From Leucoraja ocellata (Eukaryota), in assembly GCA_036785375.1 (NCBI GenBank), contig JAWMAR010000283.1, positions 620,001 through 684,000 of the forward strand: 64,000 nucleotides of DNA, given 5' to 3'. The notes under the pieces are model-generated. The model made no database searches. It saw only the letters and a list, made by a program, of their open reading frames with translations, and was not told where the DNA came from. Each line of letters begins with the position of its first letter. Positions within the stretch are counted from its first letter, which is position 1. Both the position numbers and the translations under genes were made by a program. Shown piece by piece: positions 49,107 through 61,399 of the stretch.

Positions 49107-52100
49107 TTGCAGTTTCAAGCACAGGAGGGGCAGCAGGCCAAACAACTCATGGCATTGTCATTTCATTTCATTTCATTTCCAATTAAGCATTGCACTTTCA
49201 AGCACAGGCAGGGCTGCAGGCCAAACAACTCATGGCATTCTCATTAAGGGCTAACAAAACATTTATTGCAAGTGCATTACAGACTCGCAGTTCTGTTGAT
49301 TCACAGCTTAAAATAGCAGTCGTGGCCTCTCCCTCGCGATCTTGCAGAGTGACTGACTCACGTCCAGACATCCGGGGTTTTATAGTCCTGCCCCCCTCTC
49401 AGGAAGGGGCGTTACCTTCATCGCGGTGATTGACAGGTGAGAGGACCATTCAGCTCATCTCAAGGTTTTTTAAACACTCATAACTTTTTAATTTTTCATC
49501 GATGGGAAAAATCCTCAGGGCTGGCTCAGCGAAAGAGGACTGTGAGTAAGATGGCCAAAAATCACAGTGATAAAGGGCAGCGTTTTTTCTAAAATCAATA
49601 TACAGCGCAGACAGGAAGTGGTCAAGATGAGACTTTTAATTATATAGATATATGCATGTATGTATATATGTATGTATATGTGTGTGTGTACTTCCCAGTA
49701 ATGCCACTGTAAGGGTTCAAGGTTTTCAAAAAATATCCTTGAATAACACACAGACAAATCTTCACAAAGCAACATGTAATCATTTTGTGGCTCCAGTCCT
49801 TCCTCATTTTAAAATGCAGAATGTTATACTTTTTTTCTCTGTAGCATTTATTTCTAGCTAACAATATTTTCTCTTTGGGTAATTTGTGAGCACCGGCTAC
49901 TTCAGGAGTGGCAATTTGATAGCTGTGGCACAGGATAATGTATGCTGTGGCCACTGAAAGCAGGAAATGCTTGTCCTCGTTAATATGAGGTTTTGCATCT
50001 CACTAACTATTATTTCAAAATGACTATGTATGGTAATAATAAATCAACCACATGGCTGTAATTTGCTGGAAAAACAGAAAAAGGGGATTTAAAGATTCTT
50101 GTCCCTTTCAAGGTAATAGCATGAAACTGGCTCAAATAAGATAGAATGCATGAAATAAGGATACTCCTCAACATCGGTCTGGCCCCTGCAGTAATTTCTC
50201 GCTTCAGTGTGCCATCTATTTGTTCAGCTCAGTACAACAGAATTTGTTCAAAACTTCTGGATGGGAAAGTATGAAAATCACACTTGGGTGAAGGACAAGC
50301 TTAAATAAACCTGACTCAGTGTCCATTTGAACACCTGTTATTACCAAGGTAAAATGAGGATGCTATTTTAAAATTATGTGCTTCATGTAACCCATTTGTA
50401 AGTTTAATTTAGGTTACAAATTCATCATGCACATGAAGGGCGAGTTTAAATACAGTATACTCGGTGCCAACTCAAACGTTGTTTTTTTAACCAAGGAAAA
50501 GTAGGGATATTATTTTAAAAGGACAGTCATTGAATGCAACACATTTGTATGGTCAGAATATATGTTGTAGCTTTTCACAAATTTGAAAACGTATAAATGA
50601 TCTTGTATCATTACATCAAAAATGCCATGATTTAGTAAAAGCTAGATCGGACAGAACATGAAAACTTTGACTTGTCCACTGATATTTGACCGCTTTCTTT
50701 GGCCTGAAAGCCTTTATTTCAATAAAGAGTTTCACTGCTTTTAGCTCAAAGGTTTCAAACATTATTTGCCATTCCCCTGGCATTTGTTGGAAAGGGTTAA
50801 TGTCCCGAGAATTCCGGTGTGTGTATTTTTCTGATGGGTTGACTGGCTGTAGAAAAATCACCATGTGACTCGAACAGCACTGTAGAATGAAACCCAAATT
50901 AACTTCAGCACCTTGGGGAGATATCAGAGGGTCTTCAGCATTACATGCTGTACTGACAAGCACCACTTAAGCCAGCCTAGGATTCCCAAACAAGTATTTA
51001 ATCTCCTCATTAAAGATATATGAAGCTGGAAATCGATGTGCACATCAACCATTCTATTGCTGGTTAGAATCTTTTTTTTTCTGGTCTAACTTATTGCACC
51101 TCTCTAACCTTAGAGATTTTGTTTGGGATGGAGGTTTATGGCATTTCTGGAATGTATTTTCAAAGTATAGCAATTGCACTGAAGATATTTTCTTCGACAT
51201 TGAGCCTATGAAAAAGTATCTGATGCATTAGTTCATATGTTTTTTAAAGATACTACTGGAGCTGTCTTTTGAACCATTACTTCCCTGTAAATACCAACAA
51301 ATTATTTTCATTTCATAGTAAAATATATCAATATGATTTTAAGATTCATGTCGACTGATTTTTAATACTTTTTGGTGGTTCTTTGTACAATTTAACATTT
51401 TGTCTCCACTTTAAGAAGTAAGAATGAGCTTGCCTGGGCATTATTTTCCCACAAACAGTGTCTGTCTCTATAAGCTATTTTTAATATAATCACAATGGAG
51501 ATGCCTCATTCCTGGGACATACTTTATTTGCCATCTTAAGTCCCTGCACTGTCTTGATGAATTTACACAGTACATCACCCTTGGTTGTTGCCCCAGGCAT
51601 GAAACAACTTCTAAATTAGTACAGGGCTATGTTTACCTTATGGACATCTTGTAGAATGCGAAAAAACTGTAAACTGAATGGCCTTGACGTTAGGACTGAG
51701 TCCCACCAGTTGGAGCTTGTTAGGATTTGCAGGAAAGGATAGTTTTCTGAACTGCAATATTATCTTCTCCTCGGAAATGTGATTGGCATTGGGGGTCGAG
51801 GGAAATTGTGAACATTGTAAACGAAGACTGTTTCTGGAACATAATATACAAGTGATCATTAGGAATGGACGTTTGAATTTCCATAGGGGAATTGAAAGTT
51901 CCAATGAGCAAGAATAACTTTACTTTTGAGATGCCCTTTGCCCTTTCAAAAGCAACAGTGCAGTTTGCTCAGCATGCTTTGTTTTCAGACATCCAACTTG
52001 ATGGCAACTTTTAGAATTATATTCCCTCAATAATATTTTTACTTCCTGATGTTTACTCAATACGTGGATGGATTACAGGTTCATAAAAGCTCTTGTCCCT

Positions 52101-52265
52101 GAATATCTTGGGGGTTATTCATGTGAGATTGTTGGCAGATCTTCTAACTGAACAATACCACTGCAAGGTCTGATCTAGTCCTTACCCAGCCTCTATACAT
52201 CTGCATTCTTAAACCTCATGGAGTGACCAGCACCTGAACACATGGACAATCTCCCTTTTCCTTAA

Positions 52266-52467
52266 ATGTGAAGAAGGTAACTGCAGGTGCTGGTTTATAC
52301 CAAAGATAGACACAAAGTGCTGGAGTAACTCAGTGGGTCAGGCAGCATATCTGGAGAAAAAGAATAGGTGACGCTTTGGGTTAGAACCATTCTTCAGACC
52401 ACTTCAGATCCTTTTCTCCAGAGATGCTGCCTGACCTGCTGCGCTCCTCCAGCATCTTGTGTCTATC
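52266..52467. mobile_element. Penelope-derived fold-back insert
   Basis: Minus copy 52270-52399 then plus copy 52409-52467; TSD CCCTTT(T/C)CCTTA at 52253-52264 and 52468-52479. Confidence 0.85.
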
Positions 52468-53287
52468 CCCTTTCCCTTACCCAAGAGAACTATTTTAAAT
52501 AAAGAAGGCTTCCACAAACGCAGACATTGAAGGCAACAAATTTTGAAGAGTTGGGAATTAAACTAAAGCCCTGCATGAATTGAAGTTGCCATTTAAAGTA
52601 TCAACAAACTGCATTATTTGCACAAATGAGTTTGAGACATCACTGACTTTTTTTTGAGTGACATTTTTGTGACTGGAGAAATTATTTTAATATTTGTCAA
52701 ACATGAATCATTTTTGTACCCTGGACATGAAAAACTGAAGGTTGTAAAATATATTCAGTAATTGTTTTGAGACTTTTGTAAATTGGAAAAAGAATATTGC
52801 AGAAGGTTGCAATTGTGTTGAATTACTTCAATGTTTGAACTTAGAATAGTTCAGTGTCAACCGTTTCCTTTGACGGGAACATGGTTGGGGTCTGCCAGGC
52901 TTGTAAGTCGGTAGTTAGTAAATACTCATGGTATTATTAGTGCTCTTTTTGACATCCATCGTTGTTACTCTGAAGATGATGTTGCTCCAGCTCTTTCCCC
53001 CTTACCCATGTTTACGCATTGCAAGCTCGACTCACTGCTTTATCCTTCCAATGTAAAGCTGCCATTTTGCTTTTGTCCTAATAGCTGATTGTTACCTGAT
53101 GTACATTCATGAGATGGAAACCTTACTGTCAGCATAGCATTGTACCCTGTCCAGCTTTCTAAGCACGTCTGCACAACCAAACGCAAATTTAACCTTAGGA
53201 GAATGCCCATTGGATGTCGATTCTCACCCAAGAATGAAATTATTTAAAAAAATTGGCAGGTGTTGCAATCAAATATTGTAATTCAAG

Positions 53288-53588
53288 AACATAGAACGGT
53301 ACAGTACAGCAACGGGCTCTTTGGCCTACAATGTTTGTGCTGAATATGATGTTTAGCTGAACTTTCATTTGCCTGCAAATGATCCATATCCCTCTATTCT
53401 CTGCACTTACATGCGCCTATCCAAAAGCTTCTTAAACGCCACTATCGCATCTGCCTCCACCACCCCCCTGGCAGTGATTTCCAAGCCCCCACCACCATCA
53501 GTGTTTACAAAAAACCATTCACCCTCTCACTCTATAACCATGCCCTATAGTGTTGGACATTTCCACACTGGGAAAAAGGTTCTGGCTG
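53288..53588 (-). mobile_element. CR1 3' end
   Basis: AACATAGAAC..GATCCATATCCCTC..TTAAACGCCACTATCGCATCTGCCTCCACCACC; reverse complement resembles 33380-33470. Confidence 0.82.
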
Positions 53589-53591
53589 CCT

Positions 53592-53830
53592 TTTTGTTAT
53601 TGTCCTGTGGACCGAGATACAGTGAAAAGCTTTTGATTATATATTATCCAGTCTGATATTATATATGAATACATTCAACTCAAACTCATTCATTCATGCA
53701 TTAATTCATCTATTCATACACGTCAACAGGTAGTCCACAGAGCAAAATACCAGAGTGCAGTGTTGGAGCATTTCAGTTATAGAGAAAGTGCAGATATAAA
53801 AGGTGCTAGGCCACAATGAGACAGGTTGGA
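53592..53830 (-). mobile_element. Rex1/Babar-like 3' tail
   Basis: TTATTGTCCTGTGGACCGAGATACAGTGAAAAGCTTTTG; reverse complement resembles 62070-62110. Confidence 0.65.
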
Positions 53831-54012
53831 TGATTGGGACTACACCCTAGTGAGGCATCAAGATGTTGGAGTAAATATTGCAGAGGACCTAGGCATGTTG
53901 TTAAGTTGTCTAATGTGTGTGCAGCATACAAAGGACTATGGAATAGAGAGACAACCCCCTCCCCCTCCCCCTCCCCCTCCCCCTCCCTCCCCCCCCACCC
54001 CCCCTCCTCCCA

Positions 54013-54626
54013 AGGGTACTTCTTTCAGTGTTCACAATGTGATCTCCTAGATGTTGGGGTACTAAACCCAGATGAAGTGAACATTTTATGGAGCGCATGC
54101 AGGAGGAGCCTGAGCTTCCCATTTCCTACAACTTCCATTCCCGCACCCCATTCTCAGTCTGACCTGCCTCTCTGTGGCCTCCTGATATCTTGGGCCTTGC
54201 AAGCTATTCAAAGAACATTTTATCTTCCATCAGTGCTGATTGCAGCCTCGGAGATTATGGAGTTGGCCAACTTTTACTCATTCGTCCTTTTTTACAGTAT
54301 CACAACTGGCCATTTCTGCCTGTTATCATTTTGGCTTAGATTTTTTTCTTTTTTGTATATAGACTAGCCTGCTGGGTACGACCACAGATACATCATGAGC
54401 AGCACATTACGCAGACCGAGATGATTAATATGATTTTATCTACCACACAGTCTTCTCCCCTCAGAGATGATCACTCTGTTCTATTAATCCCACCCCAACC
54501 TTCTCTGCCTCCCAAAAAATAATTTATTTTCTCTCTTTCCTAGTTATGAAATGTTAAATGTTTCACTTTTCATAGATGCTACCTGAATTGCTGAGTTTAT
54601 TTCAGATTTCTAGCATCTGCAGTTTT
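54013..54626 (+). mobile_element. Old Penelope-like fragment (GIY-YIG remnant and terminal repeat)
   Basis: YFFQCSQCDLLDVG; CATTCTCAGTCTGACCTGCCTCTCTGTGGCCTCCT parallels 11379-11415; ends GAAATGTTAA..GATGCTACCTGA..AGCATCTGCAG. Confidence 0.7.
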
Positions 54627-54765
54627 TAAATATTTTACCCTGCTTATTCACAGTGCTGTATTGGAGAGGTACCTGGCTAGAAGCCATTTATTTCCTCTTG
54701 GAGGCAGGGAAACATAATGCTACTACCTTCCAGTCAGTAATGAGATGAAGGGGCAGGATTACAAT

Positions 54766-54938
54766 CTTCGAAAAATCATTTTAGACTGGAGTAATTCAGT
54801 AGGTTAGGGAGCATCTCTGGATAACATGGTTAGGGGAAGTTTCATGTCAGGACCCTTCTACAGACTGATTTAGTTGAGTTATTCCAGCATTTTGTGTCTA
54901 TCCTTGGTAAACCAGCATCTACAGTTCCTTGTTCCTAT
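54766..54938. mobile_element. Penelope-derived fold-back insert
   Basis: Minus piece 54787-54867 then plus piece 54875-54938; perfect TSD AGGATTACAAT at 54755-54765 and 54939-54949. Confidence 0.85.
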
Positions 54939-56942
54939 AGGATTACAATTTAGCTTGCTTTGTTCATTGGGAAATTGGAATCACTGGAAAAGCAAATGAG
55001 TCTTAGTTGGTTATGAATCATCACAGGAGGACCAAGAAATGGAATAATACATTCAATGTTCCATTGCACTACAGAAGCAAATATCCCTAACCTGAGGACT
55101 TTGATCGAGATGAAGAGATCCATTTTTTGCTAAAAACTCTGATGGTCTGGAATATGAAGCTTGAAAGGGTGATAGAAGCAAAAGGTATCTAAAAGATACT
55201 AAGAAGCACCCAGGTAGAATGGTTAACCCAGACCACCCAGGGTAAATAGTGTCCATTGCATTAATGCAAAATTGTACAATCTAGGCATAGACATTACATC
55301 TATTTAATGTACTGTCTGTCAAATGAGCTAAGGTCTGTGAGGTCTAGGAAAAGTAATTTAAATGAGCATGTCAAACTCGCAAAACATGAAGCAAGGAAAA
55401 TGGGCCCAGTAAACAAAATGAGCATCGAACACCACAGGTATTGAGTGAAAAGGAAAATCTGCCAGAGCTGATTCAATATTAGCTACTCAATGTCAGAACT
55501 CCTGTAGTTAATGATATATATTTGATTGAATATAAAAATGTTTTTGCTTTGGATATGTATGTAGCAAAACCTGGTGAAATCCTAGACTGCCATTAATTGT
55601 CATGGGTAGGGTGGTTTGTTGTATAAATGTTCCAGATGTGATTTCAGGAATAACAAAATAAGTTAATACACATTTATTACAACATCGTTTCTGTATTGGT
55701 GGAACTAAGAAAGGATATGGTTTATCGTAAGGTTTTACAAGGACATTAATGTGATGGCAGTAGAATTATAACAGAATTGGTTTAATGACAAATCAGATCG
55801 AAATAGTTTATTTTGAGAAAATTAAGATTTAAATAAAGAATTTGCATTGTTAACAAGCTATAAAATATGAATCCATTCATCAACCGGTTTAATCACTTCT
55901 GTTTGTCTGGATCATTTTGCGAATGCAATGTATTGGTGCATGCACAGCAGAGCACATTTCCTTCAAACCTATATGACAAAAGACAATCGACTAGTGTCTC
56001 AAAAAGACCCTTGTGTTTGACAGAAAAAAATATGAATTGTTAATTACTTAATCTTCTGCAGCAAAACCTTCATTCTGCACCAGAATGAAAATAATCCCTT
56101 GATAGATGGTCGAGCATGGCAGAAGCAGATTAAAGCTCTTCCAAACAATTAGTTATTGTTGAAGTGTAGTCAGGTAGATAACCATAGCAGGCTACAGGAT
56201 GTCTCAAACAACAATGACTACCCAATGAAACCGTTCTTCGTTGTGGAAGGAACACCGGCCAAAATCACTGGCATGCTTTCTACTTTTCTTCTGTTAGCAC
56301 GAGCTGGGGTTTATCATGCAACGGATCATTGGGACAGGGAAGTGTCTCAGTCAATGGATTTGTGTTGTAGCACTCACAATTAACTCAGGATTACTTTTAA
56401 TGGCTGATTGTGGCTTTAATTTTCATGAATAAACTATAATTTCAGCTTAAAATTGAAAACATACTTAAGCCATAAAACTGCTCTGAGACAACTGTAATTT
56501 AGTGCAACTACACATCCATCCTAGTCCCTTGATTGTACAGTACGTTTGCTGAGTAGGTACCTGACATATATGTCCACTCATCTGAATATTGACAGAGATG
56601 CAAATATTGGCTTCAGTGCACGCAATAGTAAGTGTAAATCTTTTCTTTTAAATCTCTGATTTTGCTACCAGGTTGCCTCCAGGAAGCGTGTGTCGGTAAT
56701 GGGAAGAGAAATCAGCGTGGTGCCCAGCTGCAGTGCTCCCTTTGGTAAAATAGGTGGCCAGGGCTTATATATAATTAATAGCCAGAGGGTGATTGACATG
56801 GAACCTCATCATAGTAAGTACCTGTTGTGGGAGAAATTGGTAAGAAAAAAGATCCAAATATTTGAGAAGCTAATAAATGTTTGAATCTTTTCTGCTTCCC
56901 ACAATAACGTATTATTTGTTAAATGTCTGTATGCTTTCTATG

Positions 56943-57064
56943 GTTTAGTTTAGTTGAGAGATGCAGTGTGAAAGGCCTTTCGGCCCATCGAGTCCATGCC
57001 GACCAATATATTATCCATACTCTTGTGTCTTGTTCTATCCAGCACACTCGAAACAACTTACAGA
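56943..57064 (-). mobile_element. V-SINE 3' fragment
   Basis: GTTTAGTTTAG..AGGCCTTTCGGCCCATCGAGTCCATGCCGACC. Confidence 0.8.
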
Positions 57065-58552
57065 ATTCTCTTCCATTTAAAAAATATATATTTTCTACAT
57101 TTCCTTTAGATTTTTTTTGTGAGCCGATCAAACCCTACACAATTATTCTCTGCTGCAAGATCTCCATCATCATTGATCTTCATTGGAACACAAGAAATTC
57201 TCTGTCATTCATTCTCTTTTTCTGCCTCTCTCTGTAATGAGATTCAGACTTGTACGCCTGATAATGTGGCATATCTTCCACAGAGGAGCATGTCCCATGG
57301 TCAATTCTTACTGCTTGTATGTTTCTTTCTTTCATTGGGGAGTTTGATGCTCCCTTCTATCATGTTCCAACTATATATTTCTTAACATCAGCGAAAATTT
57401 AAAAGCATATTAGCTTACCGTAAAAACTTTTGATCCGGACAGCAAATTGAAATAATTTTGAAGAATTTTTAATGTAGTTCCAAGTTTAGCAGTTTTCCAG
57501 AAGGTTTCCAATATTGTTTTGTATAATTAATGAGCACTAATACATTATTTTGCACTTTTTAAACATTGCCTATAAAGAGAGAGAATCCTGTATGCTGTAA
57601 CTTCTTGTTAATAATATCAATTTAAAACTGATACCTCATTTTGTATCAAGAATACTCAAACCAAAATGTAATTGTACGCATTATATGGTTCACTTTATGA
57701 GTATATTATGTCCCTACTGCATTATCAGATGCACTGGTGCAATTATACTGTACATCCTATACGTACTTGAATCCCTTTCTACATTCAGCAAATCTAAGTG
57801 AATTTAATGTCATAGGGGAATTCTGAAGGTTATATTACACAAATCAACTGAAAATAAATGCACTAGTGAGACCTGATCAGCAAGTTTTAAAATTAATATT
57901 AGAAAAATATAGATGACAAAATGCAATTTATGTAACATGAGCATTTAATTCAATCCTGAATCCAGAAGCACTTCTGTAATTGTGAATTATGTGCTGCTTA
58001 ACAAATGGCACTTAAATATTAGGTGTTTACGTTTTAATTCTCTTTATTGAAGTTAAGGAATAAAATGTTTCTGCACATAGAACTGACAAGATTTTGATGA
58101 ATCACTTTGACACTGTATGAAATTAAAATCTGAATTTAACCATCACTGAAACATGACCTTTTTAAACAAATTAGGCTGTTATTAGGATAATTTGACCTTA
58201 TCCACTTAAATAAGTCTTGGTTGCTGACTGTTCAACAGGGGTTCAAAGATAATGAGACCACAAAGATTGCTGGATTATTGAATAGGAAGCTCTCAAATTT
58301 TAAATTTGCTATCAAGATGAGTTTCTGATAAGATTCTGCTATTGAATACAAAGTAATAATATTATTATTGAATATCTTATTTTAAAAGGTTGAACTAAAG
58401 AGATTAAGCTTGATTGTTAGCAGCAAAGGATATTATTTCTTTCTTGGTGAAATATCTTAATCAATAGACCTAATTACTCTCTAGTTTCCAATGTGGATAC
58501 CAAATGGCATTTTCAGCTGAAGAGGGAAGGAAAATGATTTACTTTATTTGCC

Positions 58553-58861
58553 AGAAGGAGACTATCCAGCCCATCAGGTTCATGTTGGCTCCCCACTGAA
58601 CTATCCCATCAATTCCATTTCCCATTTTATTTCCTTGTAATCTCTTCTCTCATCAACTCCTCCCTGAATCTTCTATCATTCATTGACACCAGAGGTAATT
58701 AACGATTGCCAATTAACCTCCCAGGATGACTTTGAAATGTGGGAGGAGACCAGATACCAGGGCCCCAGTGGAAACTATATACCTGCATGCAAAATCCACA
58801 CAGATGGCACCAGAGATCAGGGTCAAACCTGGGAACAGTGAATCTGTTGTGCCACTGTGTC
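58553..58861 (-). mobile_element. Old, diverged V-SINE
   Basis: GCCAATTAACCT..TGTGGGAGGAGACCAGA..TCCACACAGATGGCACC..GTGCCACTGTG. Confidence 0.65.
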
Positions 58862-58991
58862 AGTTAAAAAGTCCAAGAACTCCATTCCCTCTCCAGGAGG
58901 AAGCTCGTTGGGTCAAGTCAAGTTGTGTTTATTGTCATGTGCACATGCATGGTATGGTACAGGTACAATGATAATCTTGCTCGCAGCAGCA

Positions 58992-59389
58992 GGAGGCTGA
59001 GAGGTGACCTTATTAAGGTGTACAAGATCACGAGGAGCCTAGTAAAGGTGAACGCTCATGGCCTTTTCCCCAGGGTAGAGGATTAAAAATATTGGACAGC
59101 ATAGGCTTAAGTAAGAGGCGAGAGAATTAAAAGGGACCTCGGACAATGTTTTCACTTGTAAGGTAGACAGCATTTGGAATGTGCTGTCTGAGGAAGCAAG
59201 AGAAGCAGATACAATTACAACTTCAAAAAGACATTTGGACACATATATGGATAGGAAAGATTTAGAGGGCTATGGGCCATATGCAGGCAAATGAACCAAC
59301 TTGATCAGCATGGACAAGGTGGGCCAAGGGGCTTATTTCTGTGCTTGCAGTCGATGCTTCTTTTGACTATACCTGTATAACTCTCTGAC
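58992..59389 (+). mobile_element. CR1 3' end
   Basis: RLRGDLIKVYKI; tail GGACAAGGTGGGCCAAGGGGCTTATTTCTGTGCT. Confidence 0.88.
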
Positions 59390-59487
59390 CATAAAACAGG
59401 CATAGGCAACCAAAAAACCTTAAATTGTCCATATATTTTACAAAAAAACAAGATATTAGCATGAAAATACATAATTAGAAAGTCCAT

Positions 59488-59899
59488 GGTTCATTCTTGA
59501 CCTCACGTGTTGTCTGTACGGAGTTTGTACGTTTTCCGTGTTCCCGCTTGGGTTTTTTCCGTGTGCTCCCGTTTCCTCTCATGCTCCAAAGACATACAAG
59601 TTTGTAGGTTAATTATCTTCTGTAAATTGTAAATTCAAGAGAGAGTTAGATATAGCTCTTAGGGCTAACGGAATAAAGGGATATGGGGAGAAAGGAGGAA
59701 CAAGGTACTGATTCTGGATAATCAACCATCATCATATTGAATGGCAGTGCTGGCTCGGAGGGATGAATGGCTTACTCCTGCACCCATTTTCTATGGCCCA
59801 AGTGATAGTGCTAGTGTACGGCGTGATCAGTGGTCAGTGCGAACTCCGTGGGCTGAATAGCCTGTTTCCACACTGTATCTCTAAAGTCTAAGTCTAAAG
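59488..59899 (+). mobile_element. V-SINE interrupted by a CR1 3' end (about 59636-59795)
   Basis: V-domain 59510-59635; CR1 tail GAATGGCAGTGCTGGCTCGGAGGGATGAATGGCTTACTCCTGC; SINE tail resumes at about 59796. Confidence 0.85.
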
Positions 59900-60420
59900 C
59901 TGTTCCTGAACTGAATGGTGTGGAAATTCCAGCTTCTGTACTGCCTGTCGAACAGTAGTAGGGAGAAGAGGGCCATGGATGATGAGGATCCTTGATGATA
60001 GATGACACCTTCTTGAGGCAACAGCTCATGTAGATGCTTTTGATGATGCGAGGGTTGTGCCCATGATGAACTGAGCTGAGCTCAAAACTCTCTGCAATCT
60101 CTTGTGTTCTTTTGTGTTGGAATTGACATGTCAAGCTGTGATGCAACAAGTCAAGGTACTTTCTACTGTGCAGCTGTCAAAATGTGTTGGAGTATTTGGT
60201 GTCATGCCGAATTGCTGAACTTCTATGAAAGTAGATGTGCCGGTGAGCCTTCTTCATGGCCACATCTATGTGCAGGACCCAGTACAAGTCATCTAAGATG
60301 TTCCTGCCCAGAAGTTCCTGCCCAGAAGTTTGAAGCTGCTAGCTCTCTCCAGCTCCGATCTTTTAATGAAAACTGGCATGTGATTTTTGTCTGCGAGCAG
60401 TAGCTCCACTCAACAGCCAA

Positions 60421-60603
60421 AAGTCTGTAGCCTCTTTTTACTTTGGTACTTTATTTTCACATGATTAAATTATAATGTTTTATTTTTAATTGTCTGCTGT
60501 ACAGTATATCGTGTTTTTATCCCTTTGCGAACAAAGCACCAAGGCAAATTCCTTTGTGTATACATACTTGGCCAATAAATGTTATTCATTCGTTCACTCA
60601 TTT
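60421..60603 (+). mobile_element. Short LINE-tail insert
   Basis: CAAATTCCTTTGTGTATACATACTTGGCCAATAAA then (TTCA)n; GCCAA on both flanks. Confidence 0.65.
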
Positions 60604-61399
60604 GGCCAACAATAGTTGGTGAACTTATAGATGGCACTGGAGCTGGGTTTAGCCATACAGTCACAGTGTAATGAGAATAGAACAGGGGGATAAGCAAGCA
60701 CTCTTGAAATGCACCTGTATTGATGGTTAATAAGGAGGAGATGTGGTTCCCAATCCACACTGATTGAGGGCTGCTGGTGAGGACCCTGTTGCAAAGGGTA
60801 TTGTGGAAGTCTAGGTTTTGGAGCTTGGTACTTAGTTTAGAGGAGATGATAGTGTTGAACGATGAACAATAGCCTGACATATGTGTTCCTGTTATCCAGG
60901 TAGTCCAGATCAGTGTTGAGTGCCAGTGAGATAGCACTGTTGTTGATCTGTTGTGGTGAAAGTCATAGTAAAGGGATCCCAGTCATCTCTGAGGCATGAT
61001 TTGATTTGCGCCATAACCAATCTCTCAAAACACTTAATTATAGTCGAAATAATGCTATTTATTGTCCGTCATCAAGGCAGGTCATAATACTCCTCGTGCA
61101 TAGGCATGATAGAGGCCATTTTGAAGCAGTTGTGAGCCTCAGACGACAGAAGTGCGAGTGAAGATATTCTTGAGCACTCCAGCCAGTTGGTCTGCGCAGG
61201 TCTTTAGTACTCGGACAGGTATGCCACCTGCAAAGGATATGTTTAGCCGTTTCACCCTCTTGAAGGTTTCTCTGATATCGGCATTTGAGACTGTGATCAT
61301 AAGGGCATCGGGCTGTGGGGATCTTGTGTTGGTGTGTTATTGTTCTTGCTTTCAAGGTTTGCATGAAAGGTATTGAGCTCATCTGGAAGTTGTGAGCAT

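Larger units (their letters stand above)
48228..49648 (-). mobile_element. Non-autonomous Helitron B (spans two gaps)
   Basis: Minus strand begins A|TCTATATA at 49648 and ends with hairpin GGGAC..GTCCC then CTTAGTCTAG|T at 48228; 49390-49575 is homologous to 47640-47820; continuity across the gaps is assumed. Confidence 0.75.
58912..61380 (-). mobile_element. Decayed Rex1/Babar LINE with nested inserts
   Basis: SSFNTIISSKLSTKL..QSVWIGNHISSLLTINTGAFQECLLIPLFYS, SSAIYKF, SIIKDPHHP; tail TTTATTGTCA + (GTCAA)n at 58912-58940. Confidence 0.8.

Noticed and set aside
53826-54367. 177-aa and proline-rich ORFs
   Set aside because: C-rich simple repeat joined to a decayed Penelope GIY-YIG remnant.
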